Shown here one piece after another: positions 1-9,074 of a DNA stretch of 23,600 bases (the first letter of the stretch is position 1; every line of letters starts with the position of its first letter). The DNA comes from a virus (lineage: Duplodnaviria; Heunggongvirae; Uroviricota; Caudoviricetes). The stretch covers positions 1-23,600 of the IMG/VR virus record IMGVR_UViG_2548876944_000013. One strand, written 5' to 3'. The position numbers and the translations under genes were made by a program. The notes beneath the pieces were generated by a model that had not been told where the DNA came from, did not search any database, and saw nothing but the letters and a program-made list of their open reading frames with translations.

Positions 1-1980
1 TCAGAAAGCCATCTGCATAGCTTTAGTGTTTTCCTGCCCGAAGAGAGTCATTGCAGCAGCAAAACCGCCGTACATATCATCGGCTATTGACTGGCGAGCA
101 TCAGCATATTTCTTTTCAATTGCAGCCATTCGTTTTTGATGGTTTTCATTGAGTTTTTCTAATGCTTCCATCCGTTTAGCCGGATCGGTGATCCCATCAA
201 TCTTGAGTTTATCGGTTTTATAATCTTGTTCGGCTTCCGATTTCTCTTTATCGATTGCATTAAATTTAGCAAACGGGTTATTTGAGTCTTGATAATCAAA
301 TCCACTGGTTAATTGATTGGTTTTAAAACCATCCATTCCATGCAAAGAATCTTCAATCTGTGAATAACTTTGCTCGGTATCGTTCACACGACGCATATAT
401 TCTTCGTAGGAGATAGCTTTACCATCAAGTAACCGTTTATGGCTTTCTAACTCGTTGTCCCTAATTTGTTGCAATTGTGTTAAAGCATTCAGAGCATCAA
501 CCGGATCAGCACCTAAGACCATTTTGTATACGTTTTCAGTATTCTGATCGATTAAGGATTGGCGTTTCGCGGCTGCGTCTTGCTGAGAGATTAAGCCCAG
601 ATCTAAAGCAGTATCCAAATCTTTCAAGCTGGCTTCTAACTGCTTGTTTTGAGAAGCAATAGACGCTGCAACTTGCCCTTGCAATTTAACATCAAGTGCA
701 TTCAGACGCTTGATTGCATCCTCACGTTCTTTCTGTGCTTTTTCTGCGGCTTCCTTAGCCTTTTTAGCTGCCTCTTCCGCTTTCTTGCGTGCTTCTTCCT
801 CGGCTTTCTTCTCGTTGCCAGATTTACCCAATGATTCTGGTCTTACTGGTTTATTTGGTAGAGTTAAATCAGTGTTAGGATCTGCCTTGCGGGTTAGATG
901 TTCCCCGTTATCGACAACAATCAGAGAGCCATTTTTCTTATAAGAATCACCAAAACGTTTCTTAAATCCTTCTACATCAAAGCCAGCAGTACGAGGATCG
1001 ACACCAGCACCACGGATCGCGGCCTTTTCCCAATCTGCCAGATTATTCCAACGCTTTTCTTTATTGTACTTGTCAATAATTTTTTGAGCGTCTTTATGGT
1101 TGGCGTTAAGAATACCGCCAGTTGCGGTCTTGCCTTCTTTATTCAGTCGATCTAATGCCCTGAATAGAGAACTCTTTTCCCAATCAATATTAAACCATTC
1201 AAATAACCAGTTTAAGCTATCAACCAAAGGACCAGTAATGGTCATGCCGACACCTTTCAGGTTATTTTCCAGCTTATTGATATTTTGAGAAAATTTATCA
1301 TATTTTTTAGCGTTTTCTTCGGTGACGTTAACAGATTGATTCTGAATAGCGATCATCGCCTCTTGAGCACTATTATATTTCTCAAGCTGGCTGGTCATAT
1401 GGCTTGAATCACTGGCTAAAGATTCCATCATGAACTTGATTTCAGCCATTGATTTTCCGGCTTTCTTCATGTCATAGAACACTTGGATCGCCGCTTTCAT
1501 ACCACCTTGCGGATCGGTCATGAAGTGAGCATAGTTTTCTAACTTAAGGCCAACCGATTCTAAGTCATCAGCAATACCACCACCGTTAGCCCATGCATCA
1601 CCCATCTTATCTAAGGTGTCTTTGTTGATATCACCGAATTTTTCAACTGTTAGGCCAGTACCAGAAAATTCCTTTTCCAGTCTTTGAAGGGATTCAATCG
1701 AGAGTCCGGTCGCCTTAGATACTTCTGAATATTGTTTAACGTATTCCGCGCCAGCTTTAGCGGCTGCAACCACTGCGGTCGCAACTAAGCCGATACCACC
1801 AGCAGCTAAACCAGCAGAGCCAGCAATACCACGAAGAGATCCAGTCAAACCAGACAAGCCACCACCAAAATCAATATTACTTGCCTTTTCAGACAAATCA
1901 TCGAGCAGGTCAGCGGCTTCACTAGTGCTTCTCTTTAGCCCTTTATTATCCCCTTCTATTGTTACTATATGTTTTGTCAT
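1..1980 (-). CDS. tail tape measure protein (659 aa; stop codon sits at window position 1-3)
   Basis: Long ORF directly downstream of the chaperone pair. N-terminal glycine/alanine-rich hydrophobic segment, then extended Lys/Glu-rich coiled-coil-like sequence typical of tape measure proteins. SD-like aagggg upstream of the ATG at 1980. Confidence 0.7.
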   Translation of the reverse strand: MTKHIVTIEGDNKGLKRSTSEAADLLDDLSEKASNIDFGGGLSGLTGSLRGIAGSAGLAAGGIGLVATAVVAAAKAGAEYVKQYSEVSKATGLSIESLQRLEKEFSGTGLTVEKFGDINKDTLDKMGDAWANGGGIADDLESVGLKLENYAHFMTDPQGGMKAAIQVFYDMKKAGKSMAEIKFMMESLASDSSHMTSQLEKYNSAQEAMIAIQNQSVNVTEENAKKYDKFSQNINKLENNLKGVGMTITGPLVDSLNWLFEWFNIDWEKSSLFRALDRLNKEGKTATGGILNANHKDAQKIIDKYNKEKRWNNLADWEKAAIRGAGVDPRTAGFDVEGFKKRFGDSYKKNGSLIVVDNGEHLTRKADPNTDLTLPNKPVRPESLGKSGNEKKAEEEARKKAEEAAKKAKEAAEKAQKEREDAIKRLNALDVKLQGQVAASIASQNKQLEASLKDLDTALDLGLISQQDAAAKRQSLIDQNTENVYKMVLGADPVDALNALTQLQQIRDNELESHKRLLDGKAISYEEYMRRVNDTEQSYSQIEDSLHGMDGFKTNQLTSGFDYQDSNNPFAKFNAIDKEKSEAEQDYKTDKLKIDGITDPAKRMEALEKLNENHQKRMAAIEKKYADARQSIADDMYGGFAAAMTLFGQENTKAMQMAF

Positions 1981-1991
1981 AAATTACCCCT

Positions 1992-2378
1992 TTAACCGCT
2001 TCTGAGTTTCTCAAGCAAAGATGGATCGAACATGCTCAATGTTGCAGCTTTACGTTCTTCTTCTTTCTTGCGTGCAAGTTCTTCCAGTTCTTCTTTAGTT
2101 TTAAAGAGTTTTTCTTCTCTAATTAATTGGAATTGGCTAGGCTTGAGTTTACGTGCAGTTTCGCGTGTCATTCCTTGCGACGTCATATACATGGAATATT
2201 GCAACATCGCATTCTGTAAATCACGAAACGCAGGGCTTTGTGGTTCTAAGTAGGTGTCGAAAATATATAATTTCCAAAACAGAGTGATTGGCATATTATC
2301 CATTTCATCTTTACTAAGCCCCGATCTCATCATTTGCCGGAAATAGAAACACAGAAGCGGGTTTACTTTACCTCGTTT
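1992..2378 (-). CDS. gpT-like frameshift extension of the tail assembly chaperone (frame open from 2378, first ATG at 2333)
   Basis: Frame is -1 relative to the upstream chaperone ORF and stays open across that ORF's stop. No independent SD. Position between chaperone and tape measure gene matches the conserved G/GT arrangement of siphophages. Confidence 0.45.
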   Translation of the reverse strand, partial: KRGKVNPLLCFYFRQMMRSGLSKDEMDNMPITLFWKLYIFDTYLEPQSPAFRDLQNAMLQYSMYMTSQGMTRETARKLKPSQFQLIREEKLFKTKEELEELARKKEEERKAATLSMFDPSLLEKLRSG

Positions 2379-2671
2379 TCAATTACCGCCGGATCTTGCA
2401 TCAATGACGCTTGAGCAACCAAACCGATTAATTCACTGCGGACGTTAGTATACAGTGCCTTAACTTGTTCAATAGATTCAAATACTGGTTTACCGTCTTC
2501 ATCTTCAATACAACGAAGAATAGAACGTTCATCACGGTCTTCTTTATCGGTATTGAAAACATGTTCATTAAATTCTTTTACTGACATAGGGCGAGCATAG
2601 AAAGTAAATCCACCGATGGTCAGAGATTCGCGTTTCGGAGAGAGTGCGGCTAACATTTCATTAATATTCAT
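2363..2671 (-). CDS. tail assembly chaperone (gpG-like, 102 aa)
   Basis: Small acidic ORF immediately after the tail tube gene and before the tape measure gene. Coding sequence ends gta aag taa, a possible slip site into the downstream -1 frame. Confidence 0.5.
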   Translation of the reverse strand: MNINEMLAALSPKRESLTIGGFTFYARPMSVKEFNEHVFNTDKEDRDERSILRCIEDEDGKPVFESIEQVKALYTNVRSELIGLVAQASLMQDPAVIENEVK

Positions 2672-2720
2672 TATTGTTTCCTCTTAAGTTAATTAGATAT
2701 GTTTATTTAGAATTGGAAAC

Positions 2721-2745
2721 AAAAAAGCCACCCCGAAGGATGGCT
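2721..2745 (-). terminator. intrinsic terminator after tail tube gene (minus strand)
   Basis: Hairpin gcca-cc-(UUCG)-gg-uggc read on the minus strand, followed by a run of six U (2726-2721). Lies between the tail tube stop (2754) and the chaperone start (2671). Confidence 0.6.
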
Positions 2746-2753
2746 AGAGAATA

Positions 2754-3224
2754 TTAGACTTTCTGGAAAACAGCTTGTTTAACCGGAGCACCATCTACTA
2801 CAAAGGTGAAAGAACGACCTACTACAGCATCTTCACCGCCCGTCATGGTAGTTTTAGACAGGAAGCCGTTATAAGCGATGTGCACACCAGATTTTTTCGT
2901 AGCGTCGATGTAGTAAGCAATTTTAAGCTGTACGCGCTTACCGTCTTCGGTTGCTTTAATCAGTTTTTCGTGTACTTCGTTACCCGGCATGTAGTTGATC
3001 GAAAGTTCGATATCCGGTACAGACATACGACCAACCAGCTTACGGTTATACGGACCACCGAAGTTAGGAACATCGATAGTAGAACGTTCTACACCAGTTT
3101 CCGGGAAAGCCGCACATTCTGGAATTTCCAGATAGCTTTCACTGTCAAGATCGGTGTTAGTTACTTCTTCATGCAGAAACAGACCAACGAGGCCACCAGA
3201 AAAAATATCAAATTTAGTAGTCAT
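2754..3224 (-). CDS. major tail tube protein (lambda gpV N-domain-like, 156 aa)
   Basis: Sequence pattern SYLE...SINYMPGNE...KRVQLKIAY resembles my recollection of the lambda gpV N-domain (SYLDDE...LAWMPGEQG...AYKIRF). Strongly biased 'high-expression' codon usage. Sits directly upstream of the chaperone pair. SD aggaaaaga. Confidence 0.6.
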   Translation of the reverse strand: MTTKFDIFSGGLVGLFLHEEVTNTDLDSESYLEIPECAAFPETGVERSTIDVPNFGGPYNRKLVGRMSVPDIELSINYMPGNEVHEKLIKATEDGKRVQLKIAYYIDATKKSGVHIAYNGFLSKTTMTGGEDAVVGRSFTFVVDGAPVKQAVFQKV

Positions 3225-3278
3225 TATTCTTTTCCTTCTATTTTAAACAATAGGGCACATACCCGTAATTCTATTTAT

Positions 3279-3581
3279 TTAGCGGTTGCTCAAACGTCTA
3301 TAACGAAGATGAGCGATCCCCCTATTTGTGCTAACGGTAATTACCGCCCCTTGCGGTGCAATACAAGAATGAATCTGTCCCCAATCATGACCCTTATGGC
3401 TTCCAGAAACACACAAACCATGAATAAGCAATTCAGAGTCACCACCGCCACCACCGGAAGAATGAGCACAGAATGAAATAGTCCCGAAAGCGTCGGCTGT
3501 CCAACCGTTAGGAATATCAAACCATCCTTGATTTGCTTTACCCGCCCTATTCCCCAAAGCGCCATCTACCCAAAATGCCAT
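3279..3581 (-). CDS. paralog 3 of a tandem triad of ~100-aa Gly/Trp-rich proteins (FDIPNGW motif), function unknown
   Basis: MAFWVDG...WFDIPNGW... Shares the N-terminal M-x-x-W, FDIPNGW/Y, Gly-rich centre and C-terminal V(S/T)F..G...YFKF-type end with the two upstream ORFs. Its ATG overlaps the stop of the preceding paralog (TAATG). Confidence 0.55.
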   Translation of the reverse strand: MAFWVDGALGNRAGKANQGWFDIPNGWTADAFGTISFCAHSSGGGGGDSELLIHGLCVSGSHKGHDWGQIHSCIAPQGAVITVSTNRGIAHLRYRRLSNR

Positions 3582-3886
3582 TAGTGCATTCTCCTGAATT
3601 TAAAATAATGCAAACTACCTTTACCCAATGTAAAGCTAACGGTAGCACCAGCGCCAACTAAAGAACTAGCGCCCCAACTCCCAGCATCACCAGCATGATG
3701 ACCTGATTCAATCAATCCATTTACAGCCAATTCAGAATCAAGATCACCAGCACCGTTAATGGCTTCCATATGAGCAAAAACAATTCCGCATGAATCAGTA
3801 ACCCAGCCGTTGGGGATATCAAAATATCCACCATTAGCCCAAATACTAATAGCGTTTGACATTCTTTGATTTATCCATCCAGCCAT
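3581..3886 (-). CDS. paralog 2 of the tandem triad (101 aa), function unknown
   Basis: MAGWINQ...YFDIPNGW...VSFTLGKGSLHYFKF. Start lies 2 nt after the stop of paralog 1 (translational coupling). Confidence 0.55.
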   Translation of the reverse strand: MAGWINQRMSNAISIWANGGYFDIPNGWVTDSCGIVFAHMEAINGAGDLDSELAVNGLIESGHHAGDAGSWGASSLVGAGATVSFTLGKGSLHYFKFRRMH

Positions 3887-3888
3887 AA

Positions 3889-4185
3889 TTAAAACTCCAT
3901 GAATTTAAAATATTCAACACCACCTTCACCCCCTAAACCAAAGGAGACGGTGCAGCCAGCAGGAACAAACGAATTTATAGTAGATCCCCAATTGGTCCCA
4001 CCACGACGACGAGCAACGGTCAAACCATCTACGTTAATATGTGCATCAGACCACCCACCACCAGCATTATGACGCATTACAGCGACACCAGCACGAGCAG
4101 TACCATAGCCGTTAGGAATATCAAATACATGCCATTTTAAAGCATCGATTTTAGTATTAATTTCACTACTTACCCAATATCCCAT
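3889..4185 (-). CDS. paralog 1 of the tandem triad (98 aa), function unknown
   Basis: MGYWVSS...VFDIPNGY...VSFGLGGEGGVEYFKF. SD aaggatt upstream. Immediately downstream of the fibre gene. Confidence 0.55.
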   Translation of the reverse strand: MGYWVSSEINTKIDALKWHVFDIPNGYGTARAGVAVMRHNAGGGWSDAHINVDGLTVARRRGGTNWGSTINSFVPAGCTVSFGLGGEGGVEYFKFMEF

Positions 4186-4223
4186 ATAAGAATCCTTAGC
4201 GGAGATTTCTCCCCGCTTTCCAA

Positions 4224-7200
4224 TTACCCTAATTTAGCTTCAATTGCAGCAAGACGTTCACGAAGAAGTTTATTTTCTTCGCTCATTTCTTGGACCGCTT
4301 TAATTAAAAGCGCGTTCACTGCGGAGTTTGAAATTGTAAAAATTTCTTCTGGGTTATCAAAACCACCAATTTTTGCGGTTTTAACAGCTTCCGGTAATAC
4401 CTCTTGTAAATCCTGTGCGATAATACCAATCTCATGACCTATAACTTCTCGGTCATTAAGAGATTTAACTTTATCGTAGGTTTTAACTTTGAGTTTATTT
4501 ACCTTATCCACCGCATTTTCTTCGTAATCTTCAACATTAATTTTCAGACGACGATCGGAACGAATATAAACATCGTTAAAGTTTCCGTTACCAGTGGCAT
4601 GAAATTCTCCACTTGCATGGAATTGATAATCAGCACCCTGAACATGAAGAACCGCTGCCGCAGTATTATTACTATCACCGGGACAATGAACGTCCATAAC
4701 AGCGATGTAGTTACGCCCCCAATCAACCGCTTTCCAAATAGCATGAGCACTATCAACGCTTTGTTGACAGTCAACCAACAAACCAGCAGGTCGGTCTCTC
4801 CATGCAACATATGCACCACCAGAAACCTCACCACGGATAAGTCCTTGATCTGCGGCATAAGGAACACGCCCTTCCAGTTTAATCATCGCGCCCTGGAAGT
4901 GATGACTAACTGCACCCTCATGATTATTTCGTATATGTAAAATACCATCATCTGTAGCCCAGATAACAGCCTTTTCTGCCTCGCTATCATCTCTAAACCA
5001 GACGTGGCGAGCACCAGCAGAGTTTTTGATAGTAATCCCGGAAGGTCCATGCACAGTAAAAGCGCCAGCAACATCAAACATCAAACTGTTATCTGTCCTG
5101 CGTTCAGCATAGAAGTGATAACCTTTGGAATCGCCGACTTCCATTACTGCCGCGCGACCAACTTCTGAATTTCCCCAATTATTAATAGAGAATCGTTCAG
5201 AGCTATTATTCATCTGATTTAGGTATAATGTACCATCAGTGAATGTTTCGCCAAAGAAACGAGTTTTAACGCCGTTAGTACCCCCCACGCGTTCAAATTC
5301 AGCCAAGAAACCTTTGGAATCTCGCATACTCAAAACGTTATTGCGTCCTGTATTACTGTTACCCCAATGGATTAATTCAATATAGTCCATTGACTGACGA
5401 GACCCTGATCTAAACACCATATTATCTTCGATGCGGGTGCTACCATCAATTCCCAGATGTAAACAGCGTGCGGTAGCTGTGCCACCTAGATCCAATCCAC
5501 CTTCGGCAAAATCATAGCTGAATGGTCTACGGCTATTCCACCCACCGAAAGAATCTTTTAAATCGGTAGTAAGGATATGGAAGCTAGAACCATCATTTCT
5601 AAAAATTAAGCCATAGTTGCCACCTTTAACAGCCAAACGAGCATTTTCAGATAATGCAACTTCGCTATTCATTACAATTTTCTGGCCTTTACCGCCAGTA
5701 ATATGTAATTCACCGTTTTCGATCAAGTTTATAGAGTTTTGACCGTTATCGTTCCACCAAATAAAATCTTTGGTCGTCAAATCACCAAAACCAAACCAAC
5801 CATTACGAACATCTTGACCAGTGCGATAATCCATGAAATTAAAATGGCTTGCTTCGTTTGGTCCTCGACGAATATCAATACCAGCATTAGAACCGGAACC
5901 TAAGCCACCATCGATGGTCAATCTACGAATATGTAACCCGGTTGCAGCCGAAAGCAATAATTGTTGGTTTACATCGTCATATCCAGTAGCAAGACGATAA
6001 TTTTGATCATCAACAGTTTCATGCCAGATAGTGGCAGGAGCAGAACTACGGAAGCGACGCAACATCTTTTTGCTGTTAGTTTGTTGTTCGTTCAAATGCT
6101 CAATGTCATATTGGCCTTGATGGTTTCCAGCAAAGTTTAACGTCCCACGGTTGCTAAAGTTATTGAACGATGAAATGTTAAGAGCATCAAAAATTTCGTC
6201 TGCAACAGGTTTTTCACCACCCAGATATTCAGGAGTATCCAACAGGTTTAAAGAAACACCACCGGAAGAAACTTGATATTCTGCTAAAACAAATCCTGTA
6301 TGTGCACCGTAGTAAGCGTAAAGATCGTAATTGTCGCCATCGGTTGGAATAGCACAAAAATGTTGTTCATAATGCCAAATAGTATAATACGCATTGAATA
6401 CAACACCTTTCGGGCTATTGTTGCCGCATCGAATCACCAATTCGATAATATTGGCTTGTCCATTATGTCCTACGTTATAACCGTTACCACCAACCAAACG
6501 GATCTTAGCCGTGCGACCGTGTTGTTGTGGCATTGTCAAAGTGCCTAGTTTAAACCAACCACCCTCGATACCAAAATTAAGCGTCTTCTGGAACAGTCGG
6601 TCAATTTCTGCTTTCGAATATGCGCCAATTTCAGCCGGAGTAGGTTTATCGCCTTCATGATACATGCGGTGAGAATATGACAAATCACCTAATTCATCAT
6701 AGCCGTATGTTCTTACAGTAGCATGTGGATTAGACCCATAAGTGAACTCGAAGCCACGAGCATGATTAACACCAGATGGATGCGGAACATGCAAGATCAT
6801 TGCAATATGACCCGCCAGGTCATTCATGCGGAATGCACCAAAGTAATCAAGATTACGCGCATTTGGATCATCAAAATAGTTTGCGGTCTTAGACAGCAAA
6901 TAACCATCAGTATAAGTGTTTACGTGTTTTTTGATGTACTTGCCATCAGCAGATCCATCGGCTGCATCAATACGGCTTTCTAAACGTGCCAGTTCAGAAT
7001 CAGTGTAAGACTTGTTATTGTCAACTTTGCTATGAATTGCTGTATTTTTGGCTTCAACATCACGGGTTAATGCTGCGACGTTATCCGCTGCCTCTTGCTT
7101 ATTGGCTGCAATCACACCAGTAAGGTTATTGTAGGTGTCAGTTAACTGATTTTCCGCATAGACTTTATTTGCTGCGATAGTGCGGTCAGTTTCTGCCTTA

Positions 7201-7754
7201 ATCAAATCAACCTTGTCATTGATTGCTTTGTCATTGCTTGCGATGGTTGCATCGGTGCGGGATTTAATATCATCAACTTTTTTATTGATGCGGGTGTCCA
7301 GTTCCTGAGTTGCTACAGCAGCCGCATTTTTATTAGCGTTGATGGTATCCGACAATTCAGCTTTAACACCAGCAAGGTCGGAAGCAGCTTTATTTTTATT
7401 GGCCTCGATTGTCGCGTCGGTTTCGCGTTTAATTACATCAACTTTATTGTTAATTTCTGCGTGATTTGCTGCGATGGTTGCATCAGTAGTTTGTTTAATT
7501 TCATCTACTTTAGCGTGAATATTGCGGTCATTTACTGCAATTGTGCTATCTAGTTCTTGTTTGTTAGCATCAACTTTAGATTCTAGTGCCGCGTGAGTTT
7601 CAGGAGAAACAGAGATTTGAACTACTTCATGATCTCGGTCTTTGGTAAAAATAACATGGTCTTTAAGGTTGATTGCTACCTCACCGACCTGTAATTGTTC
7701 CGGCGTTGGTTTTTTGCCAGAAACATTAGTTCGTTTAAATTGGATTGATTGCAT
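4224..7754 (-). CDS. long fibre protein (1176 aa) with N-terminal coiled-coil repeats and C-terminal self-cleaving intramolecular chaperone domain (peptidase S74-like)
   Basis: N-terminus KRTNVSGKKPTPEQLQVGEVAINLKD is fibre-like. About five repeats of KVDxIKxxTDATIxAN follow. C-terminal ~110 aa begins SDRRLK (Ser codon at 4557-4559) and continues with the GHEIGIIAQDLQEVLPEAV pattern typical of the endosialidase/T5 L-shaped-fibre chaperone domain. SD gaggtg. Confidence 0.8.
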   Translation of the reverse strand: MQSIQFKRTNVSGKKPTPEQLQVGEVAINLKDHVIFTKDRDHEVVQISVSPETHAALESKVDANKQELDSTIAVNDRNIHAKVDEIKQTTDATIAANHAEINNKVDVIKRETDATIEANKNKAASDLAGVKAELSDTINANKNAAAVATQELDTRINKKVDDIKSRTDATIASNDKAINDKVDLIKAETDRTIAANKVYAENQLTDTYNNLTGVIAANKQEAADNVAALTRDVEAKNTAIHSKVDNNKSYTDSELARLESRIDAADGSADGKYIKKHVNTYTDGYLLSKTANYFDDPNARNLDYFGAFRMNDLAGHIAMILHVPHPSGVNHARGFEFTYGSNPHATVRTYGYDELGDLSYSHRMYHEGDKPTPAEIGAYSKAEIDRLFQKTLNFGIEGGWFKLGTLTMPQQHGRTAKIRLVGGNGYNVGHNGQANIIELVIRCGNNSPKGVVFNAYYTIWHYEQHFCAIPTDGDNYDLYAYYGAHTGFVLAEYQVSSGGVSLNLLDTPEYLGGEKPVADEIFDALNISSFNNFSNRGTLNFAGNHQGQYDIEHLNEQQTNSKKMLRRFRSSAPATIWHETVDDQNYRLATGYDDVNQQLLLSAATGLHIRRLTIDGGLGSGSNAGIDIRRGPNEASHFNFMDYRTGQDVRNGWFGFGDLTTKDFIWWNDNGQNSINLIENGELHITGGKGQKIVMNSEVALSENARLAVKGGNYGLIFRNDGSSFHILTTDLKDSFGGWNSRRPFSYDFAEGGLDLGGTATARCLHLGIDGSTRIEDNMVFRSGSRQSMDYIELIHWGNSNTGRNNVLSMRDSKGFLAEFERVGGTNGVKTRFFGETFTDGTLYLNQMNNSSERFSINNWGNSEVGRAAVMEVGDSKGYHFYAERRTDNSLMFDVAGAFTVHGPSGITIKNSAGARHVWFRDDSEAEKAVIWATDDGILHIRNNHEGAVSHHFQGAMIKLEGRVPYAADQGLIRGEVSGGAYVAWRDRPAGLLVDCQQSVDSAHAIWKAVDWGRNYIAVMDVHCPGDSNNTAAAVLHVQGADYQFHASGEFHATGNGNFNDVYIRSDRRLKINVEDYEENAVDKVNKLKVKTYDKVKSLNDREVIGHEIGIIAQDLQEVLPEAVKTAKIGGFDNPEEIFTISNSAVNALLIKAVQEMSEENKLLRERLAAIEAKLG

Positions 7755-7780
7755 CTAATCACCTCACATAAAACAGGAAT

Positions 7781-7798
7781 AAGGGAGGCGTTAACCTC
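7781..7798 (-). terminator. stem-loop (possible attenuator) between the 277-aa gene and the fibre gene
   Basis: Perfect palindrome gggagg-cgttaa-cctccc. On the minus strand it is followed by a U-rich stretch, uuauuccuguuuua. Confidence 0.35.
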
Positions 7799-7825
7799 CC
7801 CGTCATGTTTTATTTAGAGAAGCAA

Positions 7826-8659
7826 TCAGTATTTCCCGAAATCGATCCGGTCATGGATAGAAACGGCTTCAATCTCGGCTGGTGTCGGTTTTTCTTCTGT
7901 GGAATACAATTTCACCCATCCAGAATTACCGTCTTTCTGGACTGTGCGAACTCGTAAACGTGGTGCACCAGAAGCGGTGCAAGTTAATTGCCATCCACCA
8001 TCTTCATTAGGTTGAACGTGAATTAGTGAAGTATCAGCACTAAATGGGTTAGATGCGCTCGATCCCTGATAGGTTACGAAACGGTTTCCGGCTAATGCTT
8101 CGCTATCAATCGGACCCGTGAATGGATTTACACCAGCACCCAAACCAAAATCACCCTGACGTAAGATCCGGCCTTCGGTAGCAATACCGCGATCTAGAAT
8201 CCCGCCATCAGGTTCTAATTTAAACTCGATTGTAGTAACTTTGTTATCACCGGATTTTGTTTTATGTGACGAGACATAAGCGTCAAAAATGACGTAGTAA
8301 CCTGTGTTAGCAGCACTGTAACCAGAGTTCACAACATAGAACATACGAAAGCGTAAAGGAGTTTTATCATTCACCGCTTTCATCAACATGTCTTGATGTT
8401 CGTCATCCAGAACACGGTTTACTACTAACGTAGTTGATTCAAGTTTACGATAGCCAGCAAGTTTACCCGTAGCGTCCTGATCATACTCTTCTAACGTCTG
8501 GATCTCTGTGGATTCGGTTATCGTCGGGAATGCTGCGATGTTCTCGATAGGACTAAATGCAGGATCGAAAAAGTCCGGCTGGTTATCCACCATAGTAGAC
8601 ACGGAGACTTCAACATGCGACCCCGTGAAAATGTCTAAGTTATCTTGTGTAATATTCAT
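7826..8659 (-). CDS. virion structural protein (277 aa), neck/collar or tail-associated; carries KPTPAEI motif shared with the fibre
   Basis: Beta-rich composition and position between neck-protein genes and the fibre gene. C-terminus EEKPTPAEIEAVS mirrors GDKPTPAEIGAYS inside the fibre. SD aagggg. Confidence 0.4.
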   Translation of the reverse strand: MNITQDNLDIFTGSHVEVSVSTMVDNQPDFFDPAFSPIENIAAFPTITESTEIQTLEEYDQDATGKLAGYRKLESTTLVVNRVLDDEHQDMLMKAVNDKTPLRFRMFYVVNSGYSAANTGYYVIFDAYVSSHKTKSGDNKVTTIEFKLEPDGGILDRGIATEGRILRQGDFGLGAGVNPFTGPIDSEALAGNRFVTYQGSSASNPFSADTSLIHVQPNEDGGWQLTCTASGAPRLRVRTVQKDGNSGWVKLYSTEEKPTPAEIEAVSIHDRIDFGKY

Positions 8660-8668
8660 TATTACCCC

Positions 8669-9070
8669 TTAAAAACGCGCTAGATAAGAAAATTTAAGGC
8701 TAAGTGTCCCAACGATACCCCCATCACTAGAATCATCGTCATAATCGGTATTAGAAGCTACTGGAGTGATATCTGAAATAGAGAAGCCCAAATCTTTAAA
8801 TCGTGGGTTATCTGGCTGAATCTGGATTATCTGGCAAATACCCTCATGAATTTTCGTTTCATGAATCTGAGAATATAACTGCATTTCGATAACGCATTCA
8901 GCTTGCATTGCATTACCACCACGGCCCCTAGTGTAAGTCTCATTCATTCCGGTGATCCAACAAACCACGTCATCACTAAAGCCTTGCTGAGTTTGTTCTA
9001 CGTTTAAAGCCAGACCTAAATCTTGTTCGATAATATCTTGCAAGGCGCGTTTGATTTTCAGTCTAGGCAT
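8669..9070 (-). CDS. putative head-tail joining / tail completion protein (134 aa from the ATG at 9070; ORF track extends to 9139)
   Basis: The ATG at 9070-9068 lies 4 nt after the stop of the upstream gene (coupling). The longer upstream extension overlaps the preceding gene by 65 nt. Assignment is by position after the capsid gene only. Confidence 0.4.
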   Translation of the reverse strand: MPRLKIKRALQDIIEQDLGLALNVEQTQQGFSDDVVCWITGMNETYTRGRGGNAMQAECVIEMQLYSQIHETKIHEGICQIIQIQPDNPRFKDLGFSISDITPVASNTDYDDDSSDGGIVGTLSLKFSYLARF

Positions 9071-9074
9071 GTTA

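Noticed and set aside
2032-2253. 73-aa plus-strand ORF
   Set aside because: Antisense to the gpT-like chaperone extension, with a serine-rich low-complexity translation.
2775-3476. 233-aa plus-strand ORF
   Set aside because: Antisense to the tail tube gene and the paralog triad, with no SD and a low-complexity, Arg/Phe-rich translation typical of a shadow ORF.
4434-6983. Several 64-168-aa ORFs on both strands inside the fibre gene
   Set aside because: Internal or antisense to a 1176-aa ORF with clear fibre and chaperone features. No SD sites.
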